Positions 1 through 9,326 of a DNA stretch of 64,000 nucleotides are shown here, piece after piece. The first letter of the stretch is position 1, and each line of letters begins with the position of its first letter. Source of the stretch: Verrucomicrobiia bacterium. GTDB lineage: Bacteria; Verrucomicrobiota; Verrucomicrobiia; JADLBR01; JAIBCM01. Under the pieces are notes generated by a model that did no database searches, was not told the DNA's origin, and saw only the letters and a program-made list of their open reading frames with translations. Position numbers and translations under genes: made by a program. The stretch is from contig JAWLBA010000003.1 of assembly GCA_041395165.1 (NCBI GenBank), positions 9,900-73,899 of the forward strand, in the 5' to 3' direction.

Positions 1-677
1 TTTGAAGCAACCGAAGCAGCAAGAGGAGTTTCGGTTTTTTCAGCTTTTGCTATATCGGGAGGTGCAGTTGCCGAATTCGTCACCAATCGCAATACCACAG
101 TGTTGGTCGTTGGAGTTGTTGCAGGAGGCGTTGAGACAATCGTTTTTTCTGTAGCAACCGAAGCATTCACTAATGGAGCCGACAATTTTTTGCTTTCTGC
201 CACTTGATATCTCAACGTATTCAACTCTTGTTGCAACTTTTCCGTAGACTGTTTCAATAGCAGATTTTCCTTTTGTAATTGAACAAACTGCTCGGTGCTT
301 TCCATCGGCGAATTAGGCTGTGAAGACGCAATGGCCAACTCGGCACGCGCAATCCATTCCTCGATTATTTTAGCGCGTTCCGCATTAGGTTTTAGCTTGA
401 GATATCTTCGAAAATGATAAATTGCAGAAACCGGATCTCCCATTTTATCATTATAAATTAACCCCAACTCCAAATGCGTTTTAGCCATCAACGGATTATC
501 ACGCAATACCTCTTCATACAACGAAATTGCTCCTCGATAATCGCGCAGTTCATACTTTTCTTTAGCTCGCTTAAACGTGCTCGATTCGTAGTCATTATTT
601 TGCGATTCCTTTCTCGCCTCAGGAGAACAACCCACCAGCAAAAACCCCAGTGAAATGAAAATTAACAACCTACGCAT
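1..677 (-). CDS. TPR-containing lipoprotein, partial (3' end off window; likely TPR + coiled coil + low-complexity linker, often LysM in PVC homologs)
   Basis: Not in ORF track. ATG at 677 reads MRRLLIFISLGFLLVGCSPEARK (lipobox LVG-C), then TPR-like helices DYRGAISLYEEVLRDNP..THLELGLIY..AIYHFRRYLKLKPNA; open to position 1. Confidence 0.75.
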   Translation of the reverse strand, partial: MRRLLIFISLGFLLVGCSPEARKESQNNDYESSTFKRAKEKYELRDYRGAISLYEEVLRDNPLMAKTHLELGLIYNDKMGDPVSAIYHFRRYLKLKPNAERAKIIEEWIARAELAIASSQPNSPMESTEQFVQLQKENLLLKQSTEKLQQELNTLRYQVAESKKLSAPLVNASVATEKTIVSTPPATTPTTNTVVLRLVTNSATAPPDIAKAEKTETPLAASVAS

Positions 678-747
678 GAGACCTATTATTAAGCGTTGAC
701 TCGGAAGGAAGCAAGCGGTTAGATAAAAATATACTTCTTTAAAACAA

Positions 748-820
748 GGGGTCATAGCTCAGTTGGTAGAGCGTCTCAATGGCATTGAGAAGGTCTGGGG
801 TTCGAATCCCCATGGCTCCA
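748..820 (+). tRNA. tRNA-Ala(GGC), 3' CCA not encoded
   Basis: Cloverleaf GGGGTCA/TGGCTCC acceptor, GCTC-AGTTGGTA-GAGC D arm, TCTCA-AT GGC AT-TGAGA anticodon arm, TGGGG-TTCGAAT-CCCCA T arm; discriminator A followed by TGC. Confidence 0.96.
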
Positions 821-868
821 TGCTTGAAGAAGCCTTAAAAATTTTCCCAGCAATGCAATGATTGTATT

Positions 869-1627
869 TCAAAACTGAAACCCCCATTTTTGCCAAATCT
901 TTCGTTGTGCTTCGGCCGAAATAAAATTTAAAAATTTTCCGCTTTCCTCAACATGAGAAGAAACGCTTAGCGTCGCACCATAATAAATAACAGGAAAACT
1001 GCGCATCGGATCCAGTTCAAACATATGAAAAGTTTCACGAGGTCGCAGTTGAAATGCGTCACTATTATACAAAACCCCAGCGTCCGCTTTCGCTCGCTTG
1101 ATCCAATCCAAAACTTTTTCCGAAGAATTTTCATAAATAATTTGTCCCGACCAACTTTCCAAAAATCCCTCTGCACCTAACAAATTTTGGGCCACTACCC
1201 CTGACATCGTTGTCTCAGGATTCGCAATCACCATCCGTTTCCACTGCGTTTCCGCCAACTCGGTCCAATCCTGATTTCCTTTTACCGGCCAAGCGGAAAC
1301 CAAAACAACATAAGTCTCTCCCAAACGCGTTTGTGAAACGTCATAAACCTTGCCCAGCTTAGCAAGTACGGCAATCTCGCCTTGGGAAGTAGCAATAAAA
1401 ACGTCGAGAACCTCTTTTCCTTCTGCAATTTTTTCTCGCAAAACACCGCTGGGCGCCAAATTAAGGCGCACTTGAATATTAGAAACGCTACCCGCAAAGG
1501 TCTCAGCTAACTCACTCAAAACTCCTCGCAAACTTACATCCGCTCCCACCTCTAAAAAAGAAGGTTCTGTAGCAAAAACAGACAAATAACTCGCGAAAAA
1601 TAAAATGACAACAACCCGTTTCATCAT
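869..1627 (-). CDS. modA: Molybdate ABC transporter periplasmic binding protein
   Basis: N-terminal signal; ADVSL..., APSGVLREKI, DVFIA, IANPET, DAGVLYNSDA match ModA; ATG at 1627/1624 preferred over ORF-track 1651; next to Moco genes. Confidence 0.8.
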   Translation of the reverse strand: MMKRVVVILFFASYLSVFATEPSFLEVGADVSLRGVLSELAETFAGSVSNIQVRLNLAPSGVLREKIAEGKEVLDVFIATSQGEIAVLAKLGKVYDVSQTRLGETYVVLVSAWPVKGNQDWTELAETQWKRMVIANPETTMSGVVAQNLLGAEGFLESWSGQIIYENSSEKVLDWIKRAKADAGVLYNSDAFQLRPRETFHMFELDPMRSFPVIYYGATLSVSSHVEESGKFLNFISAEAQRKIWQKWGFQF

Positions 1628-1674
1628 TAATAATCCTGATTGCACCAACACTAAAACACGAGCACTATTTTTTT

Positions 1675-2859
1675 ATGCTAACCGTCCAAGAGGCTCAATC
1701 CCAGATTCTGCAATCCCTTATTCCCTTAGCCACCAAAACCATCGCCCTAACCGAAGCCGAAAATCGTGTGCTCGCAGCACCCATTTTTGCTAACGAAGAT
1801 TTTCCACCTTTTGCGCGTTCTGCTGTCGACGGTTACGCCGTAACAGCGGAAGAAGTTCCTGGAACTTTCATAATTTCAGAAATCATTCATGCAGGCCAAT
1901 CTCCCAAACAACCATTAACTCCGGGCACTTGCGCTAGAATTTTTACCGGTGCTCCACTTCCTCAAGGCGCCAACAGCATAGTCATGCAAGAAGAAGTGAA
2001 TGCAGAAGCTAATCAAGTTAAAATTTCTCAAGCTCATCCCCAAATGAATATTCGCCCAAAAGGGGAAGATTATAAAAAAGGTGATTGTTTACTAAAAAAA
2101 GGAACGCCTCTACACGCTGCTCAACTTGCCATCGCGGCTTCTGTTGGCCAAACTCACCTATCCGTTTTTCGTCAACCTCGTATCGCCATCTTAAGCACCG
2201 GTGACGAATTGGTTCCGCCTGATGCCATACCTGCTCCTTACCAAATTCGCGATGCCAACACACTTCTACTAAAAAATTTAATCAAAAAAAGTGGTGGCGA
2301 ATTACTATCGTCACACCTTTTGCCAGATGATTATTCTCAACTACAAACTCACTTGCAACAGGCTCTAACAGCAAAAGCCGATCTTATTCTTTTTTCGGGC
2401 GGTGCTTCTGTTGGCGAAAAAGATTTCACAAAAAAATTACTGCAAGAAAACGGTTTTCACCTGCATTTTGAGCAAATTAATATGCGCCCCGGTAAACCTC
2501 TCATCTTTGCTACGCGCGACAATATCTCGGCTTTTGGCATTCCAGGAAACCCTGTTTCTCTTTTGGTCTGTTTTTATTTATTTATTCAACTTGCCATTCA
2601 AAAAATGCAAGGCATCGAAGCAAAAATCCATTTTTTACATTCGTCTTTAGGAAAAAATTTTGATTATTCGCCCAACCTACGTGAAACCTATTGGCCAGCG
2701 CGATGCGAAACGACCGAACAGGGTGCCGAACTCTTCCCTCTTGCTTGGAAAGGCTCCGGTCATATCGCTAGCTTCGCTTATGCCAATGCTCTTATACGAA
2801 TTCCTTCCGGCACCGGCCCATTTTCCAAAGGTCAACCCCTTTTCTGGCTCCCCTTATAA
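1675..2859 (+). CDS. moeA: Molybdopterin molybdenumtransferase
   Basis: PPFARSAVDGYAV, RIFTGAPLP, LSTGDELV, SGGASVGEKDF, PGKP, GIPGNPVS. Confidence 0.95.
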   Translation: MLTVQEAQSQILQSLIPLATKTIALTEAENRVLAAPIFANEDFPPFARSAVDGYAVTAEEVPGTFIISEIIHAGQSPKQPLTPGTCARIFTGAPLPQGANSIVMQEEVNAEANQVKISQAHPQMNIRPKGEDYKKGDCLLKKGTPLHAAQLAIAASVGQTHLSVFRQPRIAILSTGDELVPPDAIPAPYQIRDANTLLLKNLIKKSGGELLSSHLLPDDYSQLQTHLQQALTAKADLILFSGGASVGEKDFTKKLLQENGFHLHFEQINMRPGKPLIFATRDNISAFGIPGNPVSLLVCFYLFIQLAIQKMQGIEAKIHFLHSSLGKNFDYSPNLRETYWPARCETTEQGAELFPLAWKGSGHIASFAYANALIRIPSGTGPFSKGQPLFWLPL

Positions 2860-2924
2860 CCCACACCATTTGCCACCCTCCTAATCGAGGATTATAATAT
2901 AATAAAAGAGAGCAGGAAAAAATT

Positions 2925-3572
2925 ATGATCCACACGAAAACTCGTTTTGTGAATCGCAACCAAGCAGGTCGAATGCTTGCCTCGCGCTTGTTGAAATATC
3001 AAAACAAAGCCAATACTCTGATTTTAGCGCTTCCACGTGGAGGTGTGCCGGTAGGTTTTCAAATGGCTAACCTTTTGCGCCTTCCTTTAGACATCCTGAT
3101 TGTTCGAAAATTGGGCGTGCCCGGGTTTGAAGAATTAGCCTTTGGCGCCATTGCTTCGGGTGATGTTCTCATGCTTAATCATGAAGTTGTGCAAAGCTTA
3201 AATATTTCTGAAATGACAATTCAACACATTGCCGCAAAAGAACGCCAGGAACTGGAGCGACGCGAAACCATTTATCGCGGCGATAAACCTTTTCCCTCAT
3301 TAATCGATCAAACTATTATTCTTGTCGATGATGGTCTTGCCACAGGCGCCAGCATGCGAGCCGCGATTCGTGCTGTTCGTCAAAAAAAACCGGCAGCCAT
3401 TGTCGTTGCCGTTCCCGTAGGCTCGCTCTCCACTTGCGACGAACTTCAAGAAGAAGCCGATGAAGTGATTTGCGCTTTGACTCCATTACACTTTGAAAGC
3501 GTCGGTGCTTGGTATGAAGATTTTAGCCAAACCACCGATGAAGAAGTTCGAGCACTACTCAAACCATCTTAA
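2925..3572 (+). CDS. Putative phosphoribosyltransferase (COG1926-like)
   Basis: ALPRGGVPVG, VRKLGVPG.EELAFGA, PRPP motif ILVDDGLATGASM, YEDFSQTTDEEV. Confidence 0.88.
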   Translation: MIHTKTRFVNRNQAGRMLASRLLKYQNKANTLILALPRGGVPVGFQMANLLRLPLDILIVRKLGVPGFEELAFGAIASGDVLMLNHEVVQSLNISEMTIQHIAAKERQELERRETIYRGDKPFPSLIDQTIILVDDGLATGASMRAAIRAVRQKKPAAIVVAVPVGSLSTCDELQEEADEVICALTPLHFESVGAWYEDFSQTTDEEVRALLKPS

Positions 3573-3619
3573 AAAATTTCGTTTCCTTATGTTTTTTCTA
3601 ACATAATGATTAACGAACC

Positions 3620-4066
3620 ATGAAAAAACTGTCCCATCTTACCTCCCAAGGAAAACTAAAAATGGTCGACGTGGGATCCAAGCCCATACAAAAACGCATT
3701 GCCACAGCCACCACCGAACTTCAGCTTCGACCTGCAACCATTCGTTTGCTAAAGAAAAAAACATTACCCAAAGGCGACGCCCTAACCTGCGCACAGGTAG
3801 CCGGCATTCAAGCCGCAAAAAAAACCAGCGAACTCATCCCTCTTTGCCATCCACTCGCACTCAACTCAGTTCAAATCGAATTTCGACTACAAAAAGATCG
3901 CATCCAAATTTTCGCTACCGTTTCCTGCCAAGAAAAAACCGGTGCTGAAATGGAAGCTTTAACCGCCGTCGCGATCACTGCTTTAACCCTTTACGATATG
4001 ACCAAAGCAGTTGATCAAACCATGAAGATCACAAATCTTCGCTTGCTAGTAAAAGAAAAATGTTAA
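3620..4066 (+). CDS. moaC: Cyclic pyranopterin monophosphate synthase
   Basis: MVDVG.K, KGDAL..AQVAGIQAAKKTSELIPLCHP, TGAEMEALTA, LYDMTKAVD. Confidence 0.96.
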   Translation: MKKLSHLTSQGKLKMVDVGSKPIQKRIATATTELQLRPATIRLLKKKTLPKGDALTCAQVAGIQAAKKTSELIPLCHPLALNSVQIEFRLQKDRIQIFATVSCQEKTGAEMEALTAVAITALTLYDMTKAVDQTMKITNLRLLVKEKC

Positions 4067-5287
4067 TTAAAGACCCGGCAAAATATTAGATGGTAATTGG
4101 GGCACAGGAGTAGGTTGACCTGCTTTTAAAGCCGATTCCCATGCTGCAGCAGCCTTAGCCCGTTCCGCAGCAGCTTTTACTACCCCCGTTGATTGATTAT
4201 CATTTCCTACAATCGCATCATAAGCCTCCACTGTATAACCATAAGCGCCAACGATAGCCTCTCCTGCCTTAGCATCCGCTTCACGTTTCATGTCCATACA
4301 CCCAGGCACTGTAGCACAAGGCACTTCAAGCAATGTTGATGGATCTCCTAATACCTGATTCATCGCACCACCAAACTCAGCTGGGGCGGGCAACTCTCCT
4401 TGTTGAAGTTTTTCCATAAAATCGCCCGGCCCTGTATTCATAAGCTGTCCAAATGCCACTAAAGCTCCAGTCGATTGAACCGCTAGATTTGCTTGACCTT
4501 CCGCAGCAATACTTACTTTTTCCCAAGCAGCTTTCATGCTAGTACCCGTATCGCGAGCATTCATTACAGCCTCAAATAAATATTGATAATTTTCAGGAAG
4601 CTCATGCAATTTTGTGAGATCGGTGATACTCATTCCTAACTTTGCAACAGCTCTTTCTACCTCATATAATTCTGTCACATATTTTTGCGCTTCTCGAAGC
4701 GCCGCTTGAGCCATAGCATTTGCATCTTTTGCTGCCTTTGAAGCCCCAGGCTGAGCGGCAATTTTCTCCGCTTTTTCCGCAGCTTTTTTGGCCGCATCTA
4801 AAACAATTTTGCTTTGATCATAAGCTTCTGATGTAAATTCGCCTAATCGATGATAGGCTTTCTCCAAGTATTTTAAGGCCTCTATTTTATTAGCACCTTT
4901 TTGAACTTCACCCAATAAACGAGCAAAATCAACCAAAAGAAACTCGTTTGCCTGTCTAATAGCTGTGGTAGCATCCATTATACAAATTGCCCCTCTATCT
5001 GCATGATGCGCAAACCACAAGGCATCCGGCACAGCCTGTTCTGCAGCTACCGCTAATCTTTCCAAATTACCAACTTCAGAAGCCGTCTCTCCAACTTGGG
5101 ATTCAGGAACCAAACTAGCTCGCGTCCATGCGTCTTCAGCCATTTGACGAAGTCGAATAGCTTCGCCAATTTGATTTTTTCCCGCTTCTCTCAATGCTGC
5201 TACCTCTGCTTGAGTTAGCACGACTGAACCTTTACTACCTCTTCCCCTAATACGAGCTAAAATTTGTGCTAATCGACCCTTTGCCAT
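4067..5287 (-). CDS. Hypothetical Ala/Glu/Lys-rich alpha-helical protein
   Basis: 406-aa uninterrupted ORF, helical/coiled-coil composition, no recognisable motif; antisense between moaC and mogA. Confidence 0.7.
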   Translation of the reverse strand: MAKGRLAQILARIRGRGSKGSVVLTQAEVAALREAGKNQIGEAIRLRQMAEDAWTRASLVPESQVGETASEVGNLERLAVAAEQAVPDALWFAHHADRGAICIMDATTAIRQANEFLLVDFARLLGEVQKGANKIEALKYLEKAYHRLGEFTSEAYDQSKIVLDAAKKAAEKAEKIAAQPGASKAAKDANAMAQAALREAQKYVTELYEVERAVAKLGMSITDLTKLHELPENYQYLFEAVMNARDTGTSMKAAWEKVSIAAEGQANLAVQSTGALVAFGQLMNTGPGDFMEKLQQGELPAPAEFGGAMNQVLGDPSTLLEVPCATVPGCMDMKREADAKAGEAIVGAYGYTVEAYDAIVGNDNQSTGVVKAAAERAKAAAAWESALKAGQPTPVPQLPSNILPGL

Positions 5288-5385
5288 GATAAAATTTATT
5301 ACTATTATTTTTAAATTCTAATCAAACAATAAAACGCCATAAAAGTAATTTGTCAAATTTTCAATAGCCAGTATAAAAAATAAAA

Positions 5386-5874
5386 ATGAAAATAGCCCGC
5401 CTTACCCTCAGCGACCGCGCCAGTCAGGGCATTTATCCAGACCAAAGCGGTCCAAAAATAGAACGCGTGATAAGTTTAATTTTTCAAGAATCCATCGAAT
5501 GGCAACATTGTCTTTTGCCCGATGACTTATCGCTCATCGCTGAAAAACTTTCCCACCTTGCTGATAAAGAGAAATGTCATCTCATCCTTACCACTGGCGG
5601 CACAGGTCCTTCCAACCGCGATGTCACTCCCGAAGCAACTCGTCTCGTGTTAGAAAAAGAATTGCCCGGTTTTGGCGAGGCAATGCGCGCTCATTCTTTT
5701 CACAAAGTCAAAACCGCTATTTTATCCCGTGCCACGGCTGGAATTCGCGCTCAAAGTTTGATCATCAACCTGCCTGGCAATCCCAAAGCCATTCAAGAAT
5801 GCCTCGAAATTTTAGGACCAGCTATCGCAGAATGTTTGGATCATATCAGCGGATTTCGCCCAAAATTAGCTTAA
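5386..5874 (+). CDS. mogA: Molybdopterin adenylyltransferase
   Basis: TLSDRAS.G.Y.DQSGP, LTTGGTGPSNRDVTPEAT, LPGFGEAMR, AILSRATAG, NLPGNPKA. Confidence 0.93.
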   Translation: MKIARLTLSDRASQGIYPDQSGPKIERVISLIFQESIEWQHCLLPDDLSLIAEKLSHLADKEKCHLILTTGGTGPSNRDVTPEATRLVLEKELPGFGEAMRAHSFHKVKTAILSRATAGIRAQSLIINLPGNPKAIQECLEILGPAIAECLDHISGFRPKLA

Positions 5875-5876
5875 AT

Positions 5877-6968
5877 TTAAGCCACAATTTTTTTGCCTGA
5901 TTTTTTAGTTTTATCTTTAGCTGTCGGAAGAGTCAAAATATCCGTCATCGGCTTTCGACCCTCCACTTTTTCAATATAACGGAAAAATTCATCAGCCGTT
6001 TCAAAAAGATGACCTTTTTCGATATAACTATCCGCTGTGAAAGGACTGAATCCTTTCGGGAAAATCATATAACGCCGCTTCATATAATCGCGTGCATGCC
6101 CCAACTCATCCATCATACCCGCAGAAAGGGGTGGGCGCTCTGGGTAAGGATGAATCGCAACGACAGAATGCACTTTCCCCACATACCAATGCAAATCACG
6201 ATGCACAGTATAAGCATAGATCGCAGCCTTATCGACTTCCGAATCAAACCCTTCTACCGGAATTTCGACGGTTTGTGGGTCTACTACCGCCGCATATTTT
6301 CTCAGACGTTCAATAACCTTGTTGACCTCCAGGCGCATGTCCGCCGTAGCATAAGTCATGGAATAACTCGCATAAATCACCCAGGGATTAGGATTCGTAA
6401 CCAACTTATACAAACAATCTGGCGGTTCACCCACTGCGATCACATAATGCGGAATATTCATTGCCTTGGCCCAGTCTTCCGAAAGACTGACTTCTTCATG
6501 CATCCACGATAAAATTTCGTAAATGGTATGATTTCTCTCTTTCAACGCACGAAAGAAAGTGTCTTGAACAGGCGGATTTTGCAGCCGCTTTTGAATCATC
6601 CACTCCGCATCAATCAAAGTCACAATGAGATCCGGTTTAATAAAATCGCGAATAATGCGTTGATCCTTAAACTTACGATTGATACGATTCCATTCCACCG
6701 TTGCAGGCAATCGAACAATCACATCTTTCAAATTGTTTTTCTGAATTTCGTAACCAATTTTGCTATATTCACGTTCGCGAGTAAGTTCAAAAACGTAGTC
6801 GGTCGTTTGCAATAAAAGCTCCAAAGGTTTTTTTCCTTCTTTGGTAAAATCTTTTACCGCATCGAAAATACGAATGTTTTTCCCATTTAATTTTCCTAAT
6901 TCTACAACTTTTTCAAGAAGCGGCCACTCTTCCATCCCGCCGATCATACCTGTGACTAAAGCAATCAT
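5877..6968 (-). CDS. Two-domain protein: NMP-kinase-like N-terminus (degenerate P-loop) + nucleoside 2-deoxyribosyltransferase-like C-terminus
   Basis: MIALVTGMIGG, KPDLIVTLID (archaeal adenylate-kinase-like strand order); IYASYSMT, VVDPQ, HRDLHW, SAGMMDELGHA..K, SPF (NDT-like fold); RBS GGAGG upstream. Confidence 0.6.
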   Translation of the reverse strand: MIALVTGMIGGMEEWPLLEKVVELGKLNGKNIRIFDAVKDFTKEGKKPLELLLQTTDYVFELTREREYSKIGYEIQKNNLKDVIVRLPATVEWNRINRKFKDQRIIRDFIKPDLIVTLIDAEWMIQKRLQNPPVQDTFFRALKERNHTIYEILSWMHEEVSLSEDWAKAMNIPHYVIAVGEPPDCLYKLVTNPNPWVIYASYSMTYATADMRLEVNKVIERLRKYAAVVDPQTVEIPVEGFDSEVDKAAIYAYTVHRDLHWYVGKVHSVVAIHPYPERPPLSAGMMDELGHARDYMKRRYMIFPKGFSPFTADSYIEKGHLFETADEFFRYIEKVEGRKPMTDILTLPTAKDKTKKSGKKIVA

Positions 6969-7060
6969 GCCATCCTCCTAGCAAATACCGGGAAAAATCG
7001 CAACACTCCATTTTACGATTGGCAATTATATTAAACCCTGTTATTTCAAGTCTCTGCCAT

Positions 7061-8611
7061 ATGAAAACCTTTGTCCGTGGTGATATCGACGGATTTTTTG
7101 GCCTCTTCATCGATAATTTGGTCCAATTGATGGTGATCACAACGCTTTGTCCCTTGCTTTGCGGATTGCCTGTTGATTTTGTGAGCACACGTATTTTGCC
7201 TGGCGCCGCACTTTCTATTCTTGTAGGCAATCTTTTCTATGGCTGGCAGGCGCGCCGTTTAGCTAGAAAAACTCATCGCAACGATGTTACTGCTCTTCCC
7301 TATGGTATTAACACCCCCACCGTTTTTGCTTACATTTTTCTAATCATGGCGCCGATTTATCGAGCCACTAACGATGCCAACTTAGCTTGGCGTGCGGGTC
7401 TCTTTGCCTGCTTACTGAGCGGCATCATGGAAATTCTTGGCGCGTTTTGTGCCGATTGGTTACGACGTCACACACCACGCGCGGCACTCTTATCCGCCTT
7501 AGCGGGTGTCGCGATTACTTTTATTGCCATGGGTTTTGTCTTTCAAATTTTCGCCTCACCCGCGCTCGCCATTTTTCCGATGCTACTAATTATCGTGAGC
7601 TACTCTTCTAAATTGCCTCTACCTATTCCAGCGGGTTTAACCGCTGTCCTTATCGGAACAGCTATCGCATGGTTACTGCGAGCTTTTCATTTGCCATACT
7701 TTGTTCCTTCTACTGAAACTCACGCGCTTGGCTTTTACGCTCCACATATCACATTTCATGACACTTTTTCTTTAATCAAAAGCCCTATGGCCTGGCAATA
7801 TTTCTCTATCATTTTGCCCATGGGCCTTTTTAACATTATTGGTTCCTTACAAAATTTGGAAAGTGCTGAGGCTGCTGGCGACTCTTACCCCACACGATCT
7901 TCCATGCTTGTAAACGGCCTCGGCTCCTGCGTGGCGGCTTGTTTAGGAAGCCCTTTCCCCACCACTATTTATATTGGTCATCCCGGTTGGAAAGCGATGG
8001 GGGCTCGCAGCGGTTACTCCATTTTAAACGGTGTTGTTATTACGCTCTTCTGCTCGCTCGGCATGATCACGCTTTTACTCAACTGGATTCCTATCGAAGC
8101 AACGTTGGGTATTTTACTTTGGATCGGTATCATCATCACCGCACAAGCGTTTCAAGCTGTCCCTAAATCACACGCTTTAGCCGTGGCATTAGGACTCATC
8201 CCAACCTTCGCCGCATGGGCGCTGCAACTCATTGAAACCACTTTGCAGGCCGCGGGAACCACACTTTACGAAACCATTTCTCAATTTGGCTCAGCGCTAG
8301 CGATTCATGGTGTCATCGCCCTCAATCAAGGCTTCCTTCTTACTAGCACTTTGCTAGCTGCTTTCCTTGTCTTCATTATCGAAAAACAATGGCAAAAAGC
8401 GGCAGTCACCCTTTTCATCGCTTCACTACTTTCCTGGCTAGGCTTGATTCACGCTTACCAACTCACACCCGCTGGCATTCAAAACTCGCTCACCCTCGGT
8501 GCAGCGCCCGAATTTGCCTACACCTATTTGGCAAGCGGTATAGCTATTTTAATTTTAAGCCGTATAGTAAAAATAAGACATGAGTCGCCTCAAAAAAATT
8601 CTTCTCGTTAA
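7061..8611 (+). CDS. NCS2/AzgA-like nucleobase permease
   Basis: GDIDGFFGLFIDNL, TALPYGINTP, QNLESAEAAGD.Y, PFPTTIYIGHPGWK.MGARSGYS; ~13 TM helices; ATG 7061 preferred. Confidence 0.8.
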   Translation: MKTFVRGDIDGFFGLFIDNLVQLMVITTLCPLLCGLPVDFVSTRILPGAALSILVGNLFYGWQARRLARKTHRNDVTALPYGINTPTVFAYIFLIMAPIYRATNDANLAWRAGLFACLLSGIMEILGAFCADWLRRHTPRAALLSALAGVAITFIAMGFVFQIFASPALAIFPMLLIIVSYSSKLPLPIPAGLTAVLIGTAIAWLLRAFHLPYFVPSTETHALGFYAPHITFHDTFSLIKSPMAWQYFSIILPMGLFNIIGSLQNLESAEAAGDSYPTRSSMLVNGLGSCVAACLGSPFPTTIYIGHPGWKAMGARSGYSILNGVVITLFCSLGMITLLLNWIPIEATLGILLWIGIIITAQAFQAVPKSHALAVALGLIPTFAAWALQLIETTLQAAGTTLYETISQFGSALAIHGVIALNQGFLLTSTLLAAFLVFIIEKQWQKAAVTLFIASLLSWLGLIHAYQLTPAGIQNSLTLGAAPEFAYTYLASGIAILILSRIVKIRHESPQKNSSR

Positions 8612-9311
8612 CAACGTGATATGGAATGAGACTTATCCTGCTCAACACCCACTGAAAAATGTGACAGCTTGGTATAAAAAAATGTTAAGCCCATTAAAAA
8701 AATTTCATCTTCATACCCTTTCACCCGAAGACCCAGAACTCGCACGTCATTTCGAATGTGCTGATGCCATTATTCTTACCGGATCACCACGCAACGCTTG
8801 GAATAATGATTACCCCACTCTACGCCTCTTACATTTACTCGAACACTACACAGAAAAAGGAAAAGCTATTCTCGGCATATGCTATGGACACCAACTCTTG
8901 GCTCGAGCTTGTGGCGGTCTCGTTCATTACAATCCACAAGGCTGGGAAATCGGCTTTCTTCCCGTTACTCTCACGCCACAAGGCAAAGCCTCTCCCTTAT
9001 TTCAATCTATGCCCGAAACTTTCCTGGCAATAGAAAGTCACCACGACATTGTTGCTGATCTTCCTCCAGAAGCCGTCTGGTTGGCAAAAAGTGAAAAAAC
9101 GCGACACCAAGCTTTTCAAATTGGCAAAGCCGCTTTTGGGGTGCAATTTCATCCCGAAATGAATCGCACGATTCTCAATTTCATTTGGAAGGCCCGCCTC
9201 GACCACTGGCAAACCAAAATCCCGTTCAACATTCGCGATCGCATAAAAAAAATACCAAAAACTTTACCTCACCCTCAAATGATTTCTAATTTCATCCATC
9301 ATTTCACCTAA
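8580..9311 (+). CDS. Class I glutamine amidotransferase-like protein (candidate gamma-glutamyl-amide hydrolase)
   Basis: IILTGSP, LGICYGHQLLA (nucleophile Cys), GVQFHPE (His-Glu). Confidence 0.88.
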   Translation: MSRLKKILLVNNVIWNETYPAQHPLKNVTAWYKKMLSPLKKFHLHTLSPEDPELARHFECADAIILTGSPRNAWNNDYPTLRLLHLLEHYTEKGKAILGICYGHQLLARACGGLVHYNPQGWEIGFLPVTLTPQGKASPLFQSMPETFLAIESHHDIVADLPPEAVWLAKSEKTRHQAFQIGKAAFGVQFHPEMNRTILNFIWKARLDHWQTKIPFNIRDRIKKIPKTLPHPQMISNFIHHFT

Positions 9312-9326
9312 AACAATTAATTCTTT

